64,000 nucleotides of DNA, taken from Cyanobacteria bacterium P01_F01_bin.150 (GTDB lineage Bacteria; Cyanobacteriota; Cyanobacteriia; CAKZMO01). Made by a program: the position numbers and the translations under genes. The notes beneath the pieces were generated by a model. It did no database searches, was not told the DNA's origin, and was given only the letters and a program-made list of their open reading frames with translations. Below are positions 39,901-49,619 of this stretch, piece by piece. The stretch is from positions 42,798 to 106,797 of the forward strand of contig JBCCYL010000012.1 of assembly GCA_039189765.1 (NCBI GenBank), read 5' to 3'. Positions within the stretch are counted from its first letter, which is position 1; each line of letters begins with the position of its first letter.

Positions 39901-42900
39901 AAACTACGTACACCATCACGACCAAAAGTCTCAGCTACAAAATTAACTGCTTGAATGGGTCTGCTGTCGATGATGCCTTCTTCCAGCAGTTCACCACCAG
40001 CATTGCCAAGGAGTGACTCTACTAAGGTTCCAGTAAATAAGTTATCCCCTTGGCCTAGCTTTCGAGTCGTTTCGACCAATTTGCTGGTTGCTCCATTGGC
40101 ACGATCTACCGCTTCAGTGAATGCGTTAAAACCCATAGCTGCTTGTTCTGAGAATTCGCCAACTTCTCCAGATAAGTCACTAAATGAATTCTTGGCGATC
40201 TTGATAGTTTCAATAGCGCCAAATACAGCAAGGTATGGACCGACGGCAGATAACATCGCCTTGCCAAAACCAATTGCTGATACTGTTGCAGCTTTTAATG
40301 AGGCTGCAATTCCAGTAACACTACTTGTTTTCGCAAGCCCTATAAATTGCTTAGACAATCCTTTGATCCCACCAGCCGCATCTAAAGCTCCTTGAGCGAC
40401 ATCAAGCGCAAGCTTTCCGGCGATCGCCCCTAACGCTTGAATGACGAAAGGAGCAACACCCACTAATTGCTCCATCAAGTCGGCTGCCAGTTCCAACCCT
40501 AACTGCCTTGCTGGCAGTAGTTGCTCTCCGACAGAAACCTGTAACTCATTCACAGAGTTGTTAAATCGATTGATGGATGCCTGCGCAGTTTTAGCGGCTC
40601 CAGCTACTCCCGTTGCAGTTTCTGCTGCTAGTTGCTGAGCAAATTTAGGAAGGAAATCTTCGCTCAACACTTCACCACGCTGTAGCATCTGATCTAATTC
40701 AGCAGTGGTCACCCCAACCGCTCTGGCTGCAATCTGGAATGAGCCGGAGAACACTCCGCCGACTTCTGCCAATTGTTGGCGGAGTTCTTCAGCGCTAAGC
40801 TTACCTTTACCTGCAATCTGCGAGATCGCTGTATTCGCGCGGTTCAGGGACTCTGCGTCCAACTGTGAGACCGCTGCCGCTTGTTGGACCGCTGAGGATA
40901 ATTGTTCAGTCGCAGCACCTTCTAAAGAGCTGCCTCTAGTCGATGCTGCTAATTGAGAAAATCCCTCTAATCCCTGAGAGAAGTCAGTACCAAGAGATTT
41001 GGACTCCTCTCTTATTCGCGCTATCTGTTCAGCCGCTTCACGAGATGAGCCAGTGACAAATTTGAATGTATTTTCGATCCGCTGGAATGCTGTTGCAGCG
41101 TCTAAAGCATCCCGGCCAAACTGTATAAGCTGCTCTCCTGCTACTTCTAACAGTTTGAATCCAGCGAATAAGCCAGCGATCTTAATTCCTAACCCTTTCA
41201 CTTGGTCGAGGATATTGTCTTGTAAGCTGTTTAACCCATTCTCGAACCCTTCGCCAAAGAATTTCCCTAGCCGTTCTGCTACACGAGACGGCGATCGGAT
41301 TTCTAAAGTATCTTTCAGTTCGTCTACAGTTAGTTGTCCTAGCTCATTGGCTGTTTTCTGGGTTCTATCAAGGGTGGACTGTAATCCTTGATTGAAGCCT
41401 TCACCAGCGTTTATCCCAGCTTCTTCTGTTTGCTTGATAATGCGATTAGCTTCTTTCTTCGCATTAGTGATTGATCGCCTGCTGTTGCCAATAGCTTTAC
41501 GGGATGACTTGGGACGGATGCCGTCAATAGTAAGAAGCCGTTCAAACTGAATTAGCAGATCTACATATTGTTCTTGGAAGGTAAGCAATTCACGTGCGAT
41601 CGCCTGTGCCTTTTCTGGGTCCTCTTGGGTTAGTGCTTTAGCTGATTGAGCCTGCGACTTAAACTCATCACCGATGCTTTTAATGAGTTTGTTGATGTCG
41701 CCTAGTCCATCAATTGTTTCATTCTGCTGTGGCGCTAGTTGTTGATTTAGCTGCTCGAAAGTTGCGGCAAGTTTGGTTAACTGACTCTTCGCATTAGCAG
41801 CTAATGCACCTTCTCCAGTCATCCGTTGATCGGCTGGGATAGCCGCTATCATCTGATCTACTTCTTCAAGCAGATTGGGCAGTAGCCTATTTGCAGTATC
41901 TAGCCTGGGGATAGCCTCATTTGGCCTAGCCCCTGCGAGGGTGGAAATATCTTTAGCCGCTTCTCTAAAGTTATTTATTTTATCGAGGATAGAATCATCA
42001 AATACTTGGACGCCCTGGAATAAATCAGGAATGTTCTCACGCATTGCCTCAACAGCAGCACGCCCAATGGTCTCCCCAATCTTTTCGTATTCAGTTAATT
42101 GAGCATTGTCCACCTCGACCATTACTGGGTCAGGATCTGGCATCTGTTCAGCTAGGTTGGACATATCCATGGCCGACATTTCGGCAGGCAATAAGCTCTC
42201 TAACCGCTGCCCTAGCTGGGTAAATTGGAGGTCTAACTGTTCAAATTGCGCCCTCTCGGTGCCGAATGCTGGCTGGAATGCTTCACGCCCGAGAACTTGC
42301 AATCGACGTACTTTGTCTAGCTGTTTTTGTGCAGCTTCACTATCAATGCTGGGAGCTGTTTCCAGATCTTCTACTGACTGAGTGATGGCTTCTACATTTT
42401 GCCGAACTAACTTTATATCATCCGTTTCAGTCGCAAACTTGAGGTACATTGCCTGCAAATCTTTCGCAAGCATTTCAAGTTCATTCAGATCGTCGCCAAC
42501 CTGTAAAATGATGCGTCGCCTTACGTCATTAGCGCTAGCCATTGCGTCGAAAGCAACCTTCTGAGACTCTTCTGCTGATAGGTCGCTTGTTTTAAGTTCT
42601 TTGCCTGCATCGATATTGGCTTTAAGCTCTTGAATTTCCTCACTTGAAAAGGCTTCGGGTGCTCCAAAGATAGAGTTCATCAGTTCAGGTATTCGAGCTT
42701 GCCTATAGAACTCGAATTGATGATCCTGGAGTCCCAATACGTTCTGCTGAGGGTTATTTGAGTGAAAGAGTCCTCTGGGCGCGATCATCTCAAACACATC
42801 TTGCCCAAGAGGTTCATCTGGGGAAAATATTTTGCGATCGCCTTGTTGGTTTAGCCTGCCAACAAAGTCAGGGGTGCCTACGCTAATATCACTAACGCCA

Positions 42901-44540
42901 TCAATCCCCATCATCTTAAGGATTTCGGCCACTTCTTCTACTACAAACCCGCCGCCGCTCTCGCCTATCAACTCAATCTTTACATTCGGATTTATCTGCC
43001 TCGCCGCTGCGGCCTGCGCTGCCATCTCTACAGAGTCAGGAGAAAACCCGCGAAGGTTAGGCTTCAGCAATGACATAGCAAAGGCTTGCTGCCTGTTTTG
43101 TGCGGCCCTCGCTGAGCTTAAATCTGTATCTGGATTTTTAACAAAGATAGCCTTAGTTCCATCGCCAGTTTCTGCATTAATTTGCTTGGCAATACGAGCT
43201 CCAGACAATCCTCTCGCATTTGCATAACCACCGATGGCAATAATGAGCCGTTCTATCTCTTCATCTCTAACTACCGTGGCATTTCGCCCACTCGTGCGTT
43301 GAGAACTAGCGATTTCCTGTGCTCGCTCTTCGACCATCGGGACTGCACGCATCCGTAACCCCTGCATGCGACGAGATCTAATCAGCGGGTCTAAAACCTC
43401 ACCCATTACAGACAAGTCTCTATTGCCAGGTTGCCTCTCAGGAAAGACATTAAAGTCTAGGCTACGGACCTGGTTAATGATGTCATTTAGTTCAGATCGG
43501 AAGGCACTTAAGTCAAACACCTCCTGAACAAACATCTCGCCCATGTTCAAGTAGGAGCTAGCCCCAAACGTAGCCGCAATTCCATCGCCTAACTTAAACG
43601 AAGCTTTTAGGAAGCTCTTTCCTAAAATGTCGGCAATCTCATCTCCTACACGCTTTATCTGCCCTGTCTCTGGAAGTATCTGATTGAAGGATTCTTGGAC
43701 ACGCGACCTAAATGCTTCTACTGCTTGCTTCTGGCTGGCTTCATCAACTCCTAATGCATTAAACGAAACATCAGTTATTGATTTGAGAGCACTGCTTAAT
43801 TCGTTGATTTTAGAGGTGCCAGTTTTTTCTAGATCGATGCCTGTGATCTTTTCAAATTGAGCAGTTGCACCACGCCCAACCGGGTCTGCAAAAGATGCGC
43901 CTACCCGCTCATTAAACCCTGTAGTAATCTGCTTGATGGTAGAGGTTAGTGGCGATATGAGCGAACCTATTACGCCTTTGTCGTCTTTAGTGATGATCGC
44001 ATTTGCAGAAGTTTTGATAGATGAGTCGATGCGTTTTAATGCTTGTTCGCTGGTTCGTTGACTGCGTTCTGTTGCTTTAGCTAAGTTGTCAATCTGCTTG
44101 CTTAAGCGATCACTTTCAGATTGCGCTGATCGAACAGAAGATCCAATTGATGTAGTTAGCTGTAATTCAACATCTGCAACGATTTTCTTGATTGACTCAG
44201 CGTTGAAGCTTATCTCTACTTCAATTGCTTTTGCGGCTAATTTCTGCAACTCCGAATCATCTACCCTAGGCTTAATCGGATTTGCAGCCATGAAGCGGTT
44301 CAGCTCACGAACATGATCTCCTTTTTTGTCAAGGTGCTTGTTCAGCCCATGCAACGGCTCATGGTCAACTGTTGGTTCGAGATGCAGCTTTGGCATCTGT
44401 ATGTTGCTGCCACCGAATGCTGAATTGATTACTTGGGCGAACTCTGAAGTTTCACCCCTCAGCATATTGAGCTGTTGGCGGTACTCATCAGTGCCCTCTA
44501 GTCGCAGCTCTACACCCAATTCAGCGATGGTGAATGTCAT
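36990..44540 (-). CDS. Tail tape measure protein with internal alpha/beta-hydrolase domain
   Basis: ~2,516 aa helical protein. LEIRSPSRV and QIAGKGKLSAEELRQQL are tape-measure motifs. ATG 44540 overlaps the chaperone-GT stop. Confidence 0.95.
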   Translation of the reverse strand: MTFTIAELGVELRLEGTDEYRQQLNMLRGETSEFAQVINSAFGGSNIQMPKLHLEPTVDHEPLHGLNKHLDKKGDHVRELNRFMAANPIKPRVDDSELQKLAAKAIEVEISFNAESIKKIVADVELQLTTSIGSSVRSAQSESDRLSKQIDNLAKATERSQRTSEQALKRIDSSIKTSANAIITKDDKGVIGSLISPLTSTIKQITTGFNERVGASFADPVGRGATAQFEKITGIDLEKTGTSKINELSSALKSITDVSFNALGVDEASQKQAVEAFRSRVQESFNQILPETGQIKRVGDEIADILGKSFLKASFKLGDGIAATFGASSYLNMGEMFVQEVFDLSAFRSELNDIINQVRSLDFNVFPERQPGNRDLSVMGEVLDPLIRSRRMQGLRMRAVPMVEERAQEIASSQRTSGRNATVVRDEEIERLIIAIGGYANARGLSGARIAKQINAETGDGTKAIFVKNPDTDLSSARAAQNRQQAFAMSLLKPNLRGFSPDSVEMAAQAAAARQINPNVKIELIGESGGGFVVEEVAEILKMMGIDGVSDISVGTPDFVGRLNQQGDRKIFSPDEPLGQDVFEMIAPRGLFHSNNPQQNVLGLQDHQFEFYRQARIPELMNSIFGAPEAFSSEEIQELKANIDAGKELKTSDLSAEESQKVAFDAMASANDVRRRIILQVGDDLNELEMLAKDLQAMYLKFATETDDIKLVRQNVEAITQSVEDLETAPSIDSEAAQKQLDKVRRLQVLGREAFQPAFGTERAQFEQLDLQFTQLGQRLESLLPAEMSAMDMSNLAEQMPDPDPVMVEVDNAQLTEYEKIGETIGRAAVEAMRENIPDLFQGVQVFDDSILDKINNFREAAKDISTLAGARPNEAIPRLDTANRLLPNLLEEVDQMIAAIPADQRMTGEGALAANAKSQLTKLAATFEQLNQQLAPQQNETIDGLGDINKLIKSIGDEFKSQAQSAKALTQEDPEKAQAIARELLTFQEQYVDLLIQFERLLTIDGIRPKSSRKAIGNSRRSITNAKKEANRIIKQTEEAGINAGEGFNQGLQSTLDRTQKTANELGQLTVDELKDTLEIRSPSRVAERLGKFFGEGFENGLNSLQDNILDQVKGLGIKIAGLFAGFKLLEVAGEQLIQFGRDALDAATAFQRIENTFKFVTGSSREAAEQIARIREESKSLGTDFSQGLEGFSQLAASTRGSSLEGAATEQLSSAVQQAAAVSQLDAESLNRANTAISQIAGKGKLSAEELRQQLAEVGGVFSGSFQIAARAVGVTTAELDQMLQRGEVLSEDFLPKFAQQLAAETATGVAGAAKTAQASINRFNNSVNELQVSVGEQLLPARQLGLELAADLMEQLVGVAPFVIQALGAIAGKLALDVAQGALDAAGGIKGLSKQFIGLAKTSSVTGIAASLKAATVSAIGFGKAMLSAVGPYLAVFGAIETIKIAKNSFSDLSGEVGEFSEQAAMGFNAFTEAVDRANGATSKLVETTRKLGQGDNLFTGTLVESLLGNAGGELLEEGIIDSRPIQAVNFVAETFGRDGVRSFRERQNDAQTIARNQLQSTVDQTLAASAFGPDVTQAIAELNDIDQQDAALSAQIRNATNAQEKAALRRQREDLLSRREGQARVVGSAQSTLATQQQLLQTDLSNLQGQIALDPENAADYRREIDQTQKLLEDIAKEQDRIANATKTNVAESAKLNREFSLIRAQSEDLRLDQQIDAANSRLRAAIAGQGVGSQARQQLQSEAEISDIEAQLRINKMQMEQVVKVLNDERINNAFQLVEAVDASQGANEILTRLEQAKETDEVLITQQFAEESAQLKELSAQTIELDAQLVQARTDLNDQARDLALQYRDLSEQISDFYRDALRSAEDVAGEIISQDFQNATQEISNDIRRELLGLEDSFVSGIGDTFTGLIESLRQPLLDELEAINQRNGIERQLEDSLRGARDLQRQADEFSFNAGLGPDPATGLPTPQSLNQQPVTRVIELTPEQAFGGGSFLGEPSRENTSPDFSNLQVAAPQFGQLDGTAFQNDDIIAANDLAQRSRDEQLAAIDRNLATQADNASLEVDTAIASIARQLEEGQRTVAEQSDGFARQLRDIGQSIGDSNPLRELESGLLSISDQFQDTNRDLEQFKRGLEDTVAETRAVRQQLLQGVASGLIGEEALAILPDLNQRISQFESALDRADDQIGQNAELFEAQRLRLIQEFQDAERDRRIAAQRRIGEGDAAINVERASQQSSQFNLGLQRAQGRARLLAQAEQESTSIAFEFSAELDEIEGLLETGELTKLEFSALKDNLVEINELRLDGIRSQFEELLPTVDAIASALGSATGEVNDEAFEQIRSNIRTARQAGILSDRQAEEARSGLSEAERFSRRSDAGTIRGLLDTDNAFTSQFLSQAGRGDLVGLADLGIQNREAERARRALSQNINTDPEALANELTRPELAQPSLNFDGFMQSSDRLIGALDKLTAAIQDGSSGGPTLNIERQEVNIEPDREQIAKTTTDLVNNMLSQRL

Positions 44541-45942
44541 GCTGTTTTCTCCCTGACATACTGAATTGAGCAAGCAAGTTCTTTAGCCCAGTCGGGCAAA
44601 TCGCCCTGATTGATGAGGTGGACTAAAGTCTCATTAGTTGATTTCCTAAGATCTGATGCAGTGGTTTCGTGCTTGAATGGCAGTAAACTCGTGTGCTGAA
44701 TTTTTGGACCTCCACTGGTTAATCCGTTCATTAGGTTTGACCAACCGAGTGATGCCGTCCAGTTCATCTGATTTACGTGTTGTTGATGCTGCTTTTCATA
44801 AAATTCGATACACTGCTTTACTAGCCAGATTGGCTGACGACCAAAGTTTTCGGCGTTGAACCGTTCATCTCCTGTCCTGTAGGATTGGATTCGCCAAAAG
44901 TATTCGCCCCAGTCAATTGCGGGTCTGTCCCAGATTTTTCTGGCAAGCTCTGTTGCTTTCCCACTGGTTCATTTTTGGCTGAAGAAGAACTAGAAGACTC
45001 TCCTATTTGCCCTGTTCGGACTTCGTTAAAAAATTTAAGAAGCTCTTCTTGCAAAGGTTCATTAATTTCCTGATTCGTATCGGCTTCAGACCATTCAATT
45101 CCAGTCCGATAAGTGCTTCCCTCTAAGACAAAGCCAACTGAATTAGGCTCAATAACATCTGAAGTTTTTTCTACCTCTAATCTCTGGGAAACTTCATTTA
45201 CTTCACCGATGCTTAATGCAGCAGCTACAGTTACTTTTACAGGACCGAACTTAACGCGATCGCCTACACTAAGAGGTTCATCAATAGGCTTAATAGTCAA
45301 TATGGTCGAACCCAGAGGTGCTCTTTCTAGCACGGTGACAGCATGAAGCAATCGATTCTGCACCATAGTTGTAGCCGCCTCAAATTTAAGCTCAGGGATC
45401 TCTTTGTTCGACTCACGAATGATTGCCATCTGCTCATCAGTAGCGAGCTGAGCAATATTGATAGTGTCTGAGACCAGTTGAGCTTTTGCTGATATATCGA
45501 ATTCAGCAGGAATTACGTGAAAAGTATTGCCTGAATCATCAGCGCTATCGGGGCCATCTAGCATTAATATCTTTTCGCCATCTCGTAGCCATTCTGTGCC
45601 TTCGACCCCATGGTCAGGCTTAAGCGATACTTTGGTGTCGCCTGCATGATATTTCTTAACGAGTCCAATCGTTGAGACAGTGCGTAGATCTAGAACTGGG
45701 GCAAGATACAGTTTTCTTAAGCAATGATAAAAACTCTGTCCAGACTGCTCTTTCAAGACTAGCGCCAAATCTTGCAAAACAAGCTTGCTAGCATCCGAAC
45801 GATCAACACGCTTCTGCATCGATGGAGGCATTTCGCAGGTTAAAGCTCCAGCCTCTTTCAATAGATAGATCTCACCAATCAAAGGGTTGCCAACTTTAAC
45901 GATCTGATGTTGTGGACGTGTTGCATACGGGAGTCTTGGCAT
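44537..45942 (-). CDS. Tail assembly chaperone G (44821-45942) and -1 frameshift product GT (ending at 44537)
   Basis: Slippery G GGA AAG at 44956-44962. The -1 frame has a TGA just upstream and then runs open (ATELARKIWDRPAIDWGEYFWRIQ...) to the tape-measure start. Confidence 0.88.
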
Positions 45943-46204
45943 TACGAGCGATCCTTAAATCAATAGTGTCTTCTGGGTCGGAAAAAGTGGTGGGTAGTGC
46001 TAGCTGGCGAATAAGTGCCGGAATCATCACATCGACCTTGAATCCGTTGCCATCGCTAACGGTGATAACGGGCTTGAACATGCCTGCTCTCATGAATATG
46101 CACCCTGAGTACACCATTCTTGCCAGCTCCGAAACTTCGACATCGACAAGAATGATGGACTCAATCGGATCAGCTAACTTATCAAAACGCTTTCGGGCAT
46201 ACAT
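45896..46204 (-). CDS. Hypothetical protein
   Basis: TAATG-coupled after the tail tube gene. Confidence 0.5.
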   Translation of the reverse strand: MYARKRFDKLADPIESIILVDVEVSELARMVYSGCIFMRAGMFKPVITVSDGNGFKVDVMIPALIRQLALPTTFSDPEDTIDLRIARNAKTPVCNTSTTSDR

Positions 46205-46929
46205 TATGCAAATGCAGCAGTGTAGCCGGAAGTGAATGAATAAAGCTCATTGCCCTGAATAGGAAAGCTGAAATCATAAGTGGCGGCCTCTCGATTATTG
46301 TTCGATCCACCATTGTCTACAAACAGCGCTGGGCCTTGATGAATATGGCCATTAGATAAAGTCGCCCTCACCCATAGCTGACGTTGAAGCAACGTTCCAG
46401 CCAAATCATTAGAGCGCGGGTCTAGCAGCTCAAACATTGAGCGATCGTTGATAACTGGATTACCCTGAACCTGGACGGTGATGTCGTTTCCTACGTTTAC
46501 GGTTGTCCGCCCAAAGCCAGAGTCCATATCTGGCAATTCAACCGACTGTACTGCTTTAGGAACTGATATAGATGTTGCGCCCAAGATCTTACGGTAGGCG
46601 AATGTCGTTGCTGTTTCTGCTGCTGGGATGGTTGCTGCTAGCGCCAAGACAGGCACACTTACGGCTGTGGTTGTAATAGTGAAAACGTCAGTCAGGGTAG
46701 TGCTGGCAGGCACGTTTACGGTAGCTGTGCCACCGCCAGTAAATGTCAAAGTTTGCCCATGACGAATTTCAAACTCAACATCAGAGCTAAGGGAAATAGT
46801 TTCAGCCCCTGCTGTACCCTCTGCCTCAACAGTAATGGTGTACAAGACTGGCTGACTGGCATTTTCTGGAATCTCGGCCACCTCAACTTGGGAGCCTGTT
46901 CCAATTTGTTTACCTGTAGGAAAAACCAT
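46204..46929 (-). CDS. Major tail (tube) protein
   Basis: Lies upstream of the chaperone and tape measure. KILGATSISVP...TVQVQGN...GPALF...ATYDFSFPIQG is a tube-like pattern. Confidence 0.8.
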   Translation of the reverse strand: MVFPTGKQIGTGSQVEVAEIPENASQPVLYTITVEAEGTAGAETISLSSDVEFEIRHGQTLTFTGGGTATVNVPASTTLTDVFTITTTAVSVPVLALAATIPAAETATTFAYRKILGATSISVPKAVQSVELPDMDSGFGRTTVNVGNDITVQVQGNPVINDRSMFELLDPRSNDLAGTLLQRQLWVRATLSNGHIHQGPALFVDNGGSNNNREAATYDFSFPIQGNELYSFTSGYTAAFA

Positions 46930-46973
46930 GGTTTCACAATTTGATTAAACGTTTGTGAAACTGTTCCCTGTAG

Positions 46974-47342
46974 CTATATTTGCTTTGTTGCCTTTGTAGC
47001 GTGCATATTAAGCTTAACCCATTGAAACCCTTTGCGAGATAGAGGCATGGGCTGCACCCCACGACGGTCCACGTTAATTTCCTCGTCTGTTGAGTTGATC
47101 AACAGCTCGCCTATCTCATCCAAGTACATCTCTGGTTCATGGCTGATTAACGAAACCTCGAAGTACCGTACTCGATCAGGATTACCACGCAAGTAAGGCG
47201 AAATAACAACTTCAATGCCCCCAGTAACTGAATTCTCAGAGATGCGATCGCCATTCTGGATAGCCACATCCCCATTACTGTAAGTGCCGATGTGGTCACC
47301 GATTACCCGTTGTATGGCATGTCTTAGTTTTAGTGGGGTCAT
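46974..47342 (-). CDS. Tail terminator-like protein (positional call)
   Basis: 122 aa, directly upstream of the tube gene. Confidence 0.5.
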   Translation of the reverse strand: MTPLKLRHAIQRVIGDHIGTYSNGDVAIQNGDRISENSVTGGIEVVISPYLRGNPDRVRYFEVSLISHEPEMYLDEIGELLINSTDEEINVDRRGVQPMPLSRKGFQWVKLNMHATKATKQI

Positions 47343-47344
47343 CG

Positions 47345-47653
47345 TTACACCTGAATAATAGCTTCCATATAATTCACTACTTCACGCATCCGCTCATCCC
47401 ACTGCAACCGCTCTTTAACGATCTGGCTCAGGTACCCACCCTGTTCATGTATCCGCTCCAGTTCATCAGGATGCGTTAGACACTCCAGCACTCGAACATG
47501 CCCTTGAATCAAACCCCACCGATATGCTGACCAGTTCTCTTTTACGTGCTGCTGTGCGATGGTAAGTCGTAGTGCGGTATCTTCGTATGCCGCTTCTAGT
47601 ATCTCCACTATTTCAGTGATGCAGTGTTCTTTGATGTCGGCGATCGCATTCAT
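47345..47653 (-). CDS. Hypothetical helical protein
   Basis: Co-oriented ORF within the morphogenesis cluster. Confidence 0.5.
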   Translation of the reverse strand: MNAIADIKEHCITEIVEILEAAYEDTALRLTIAQQHVKENWSAYRWGLIQGHVRVLECLTHPDELERIHEQGGYLSQIVKERLQWDERMREVVNYMEAIIQV

Positions 47654-47656
47654 ATA

Positions 47657-48070
47657 CTAGACCCCCGTAATATCAATAGTCTGGCTATCCCTAAGTGTCC
47701 CCTTATCCACAATATCCCGTGGGCTGCTCACTACTGAGCCGTCTGACCTCACCGTACGCCCTGGCCAATCCCAAATGGGCGCTTCTATGGCTTCCTGGAA
47801 TGCAAAGCCAAGGCTGAATGCGAAGTTGATGAACGTTTGCCTAATGTCACCGTATACCAAGGAGTCTAACAGAAGATCATCAAGGATGCCGTCTTCATAT
47901 TCGACCACGTAATCTACCCATGGACGCCCAGGTGAGTAGCCATCACCGAAATACACGTCAGCCGCATAAGGAGCAGACTCGCCACCCCAGGTGTAGGTTG
48001 CTGTTGCATCGTCGGGGATATCGAAGGGCAGGTTGCCCCAGGTTAGTGTTGATTTAGCTGATAGTTTCAT
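47657..48070 (-). CDS. Tail completion/neck protein (HK97 gp10-like)
   Basis: APYAADVYFG...GRPW and PRDIVDKGTLRDS motifs. Confidence 0.65.
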   Translation of the reverse strand: MKLSAKSTLTWGNLPFDIPDDATATYTWGGESAPYAADVYFGDGYSPGRPWVDYVVEYEDGILDDLLLDSLVYGDIRQTFINFAFSLGFAFQEAIEAPIWDWPGRTVRSDGSVVSSPRDIVDKGTLRDSQTIDITGV

Positions 48071-48253
48071 TAGCTTGATTCGTAACGTACTTTGGGGATG
48101 TGGAGGTCTGGAACTTCATAGATAATATCGTTGATGATTAACTCAGTCGCTTGCACAACTACACGGCTGTAGCTCTTTCCATCAATAGTATGGTCATCAT
48201 TATTGAATGCTCCTGAACGTATTATCTCAAGCGCGATCGCCATTTTTTGCTCA

Positions 48254-48718
48254 TTAACTCGTCCCATCACCACTTACCTCTAACATCCCATAAATTATAT
48301 CGCCCACCTTTGCGTGAATTTCGTTGACCGACTTACTAAGCGACGGCTGCACCTGAAACTGCCCCACCATGTCGCGTCCATTACTTTGCCGATAAGTCGC
48401 TGTCACCGCCATCTTGGGTGCGATCGTTACGGGCAATGCTGTGGTAGCAGAGCCGTTCACTGTGGTGACGTTGACCTTGAGTGGCAGATATCTGTTGCCA
48501 GTCCCTGGCAACTCCTGATTCTGACGGGTCACGCTGGCGATCGTTGCCTTGCCCTTTATTGTCACTACCGTTTCTTCTCTCTCATTGTTGCCTAATCTAT
48601 CCGTGCCCGTTACTGCGCCCTCCACTTTGAATACAATAGTTATGTTCTCCTGCCCCAAATGCATGTTATTGGGGAATACGGAGAGTCCTTGTTTTACTGT
48701 GCTGTAGGGATTGATCAT
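48254..48718 (-). CDS. Head-closure-like protein
   Basis: GTDRLGN motif, size and position. Confidence 0.5.
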   Translation of the reverse strand: MINPYSTVKQGLSVFPNNMHLGQENITIVFKVEGAVTGTDRLGNNEREETVVTIKGKATIASVTRQNQELPGTGNRYLPLKVNVTTVNGSATTALPVTIAPKMAVTATYRQSNGRDMVGQFQVQPSLSKSVNEIHAKVGDIIYGMLEVSGDGTS

Positions 48719-49380
48719 ACCGCAACCTCCACTATCTCAATACGACACTGACACCGCGTAAAGCACTGTGGGCAACACCCCAGCGCTGGCACCTCATCAA
48801 TAGGTCTTACATCTTTAGCGGCCTCCGCCACACAAAACTTGCAATGGTTGTCTGTAGCGCCTAACACTCGGATAGCGAAGGCTCCCACGTTGAACGCCTT
48901 AAAGCCCTGAGATTCAGAAACTTTGCCCGACAAGGCATACATATCCAGCCTATTGAGTAGTTGTGCCGCTGATACTTCGCCACTGGCCACTTCCTCTGCC
49001 AAGTGCTTTATCCCGAATCGGCGATCGCCATCACGGCCTTGATAGTATTGTCGCTTCAACTCAGCCCCAACACGCCCCCAATCAGCGCTGCCCATATTCT
49101 CCATGCCATCGTGGCCAATGATCGCAGATGACACATGGATGTTGCGGAGACGTTCGCCTATCTGTTGTTGAAATTCCTGAAGGGTGATGTTGCCATCGAT
49201 TAGGTTTTGACCAGTGGATTGAACGCCAGTGCGTTGCTCACCAATGTATGTCCGCAGCCGAGCCATTACCGCAGACTTAGACGCGAATTGTCCGCCCCCA
49301 GTGCCACGCCATCGGTAACGACGGGTCCGAGGGTCGTAGGTAAATTCCTGAATGCGATCGCGACGGGCAATGAGGGTCAT
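48715..49380 (-). CDS. Minor head morphogenesis protein (Mu gpF/SPP1 gp7-like)
   Basis: Downstream of the portal; C-terminal HCKFC...CFTRCQCRI. Confidence 0.75.
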   Translation of the reverse strand: MTLIARRDRIQEFTYDPRTRRYRWRGTGGGQFASKSAVMARLRTYIGEQRTGVQSTGQNLIDGNITLQEFQQQIGERLRNIHVSSAIIGHDGMENMGSADWGRVGAELKRQYYQGRDGDRRFGIKHLAEEVASGEVSAAQLLNRLDMYALSGKVSESQGFKAFNVGAFAIRVLGATDNHCKFCVAEAAKDVRPIDEVPALGCCPQCFTRCQCRIEIVEVAV

Positions 49381-49619
49381 TCAGTTTCCTTGACTATAGT
49401 TATAGCCCCATTATCTGCCTCTATTATTTGTTGCTTGAATAACCTCACAAAGTCATCAAATTCATTTGTGGGCAGGTTATTCGGAGCCGATGAGACGAAA
49501 TGCTTTTCAGGATGAGATTCCATCATGACCTTGAGGGATGTTTTCTCCTCATCAGATAGATAGACGCTAATAGCCTGATCAGACGATGAAAATATTTGAT
49601 TGCCTATTTTGACTATCAT
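49377..49619 (-). CDS. Hypothetical protein
   Basis: ATGA-coupled on both sides. Confidence 0.55.
   Translation of the reverse strand: MIVKIGNQIFSSSDQAISVYLSDEEKTSLKVMMESHPEKHFVSSAPNNLPTNEFDDFVRLFKQQIIEADNGAITIVKETE

Noticed and set aside
37074..44556. Numerous plus-strand ORFs opposite the tape measure (similar ones lie opposite other long genes)
   Set aside because: Antisense shadows of a long coding frame, Ser/Ala-rich and without RBS or motifs.
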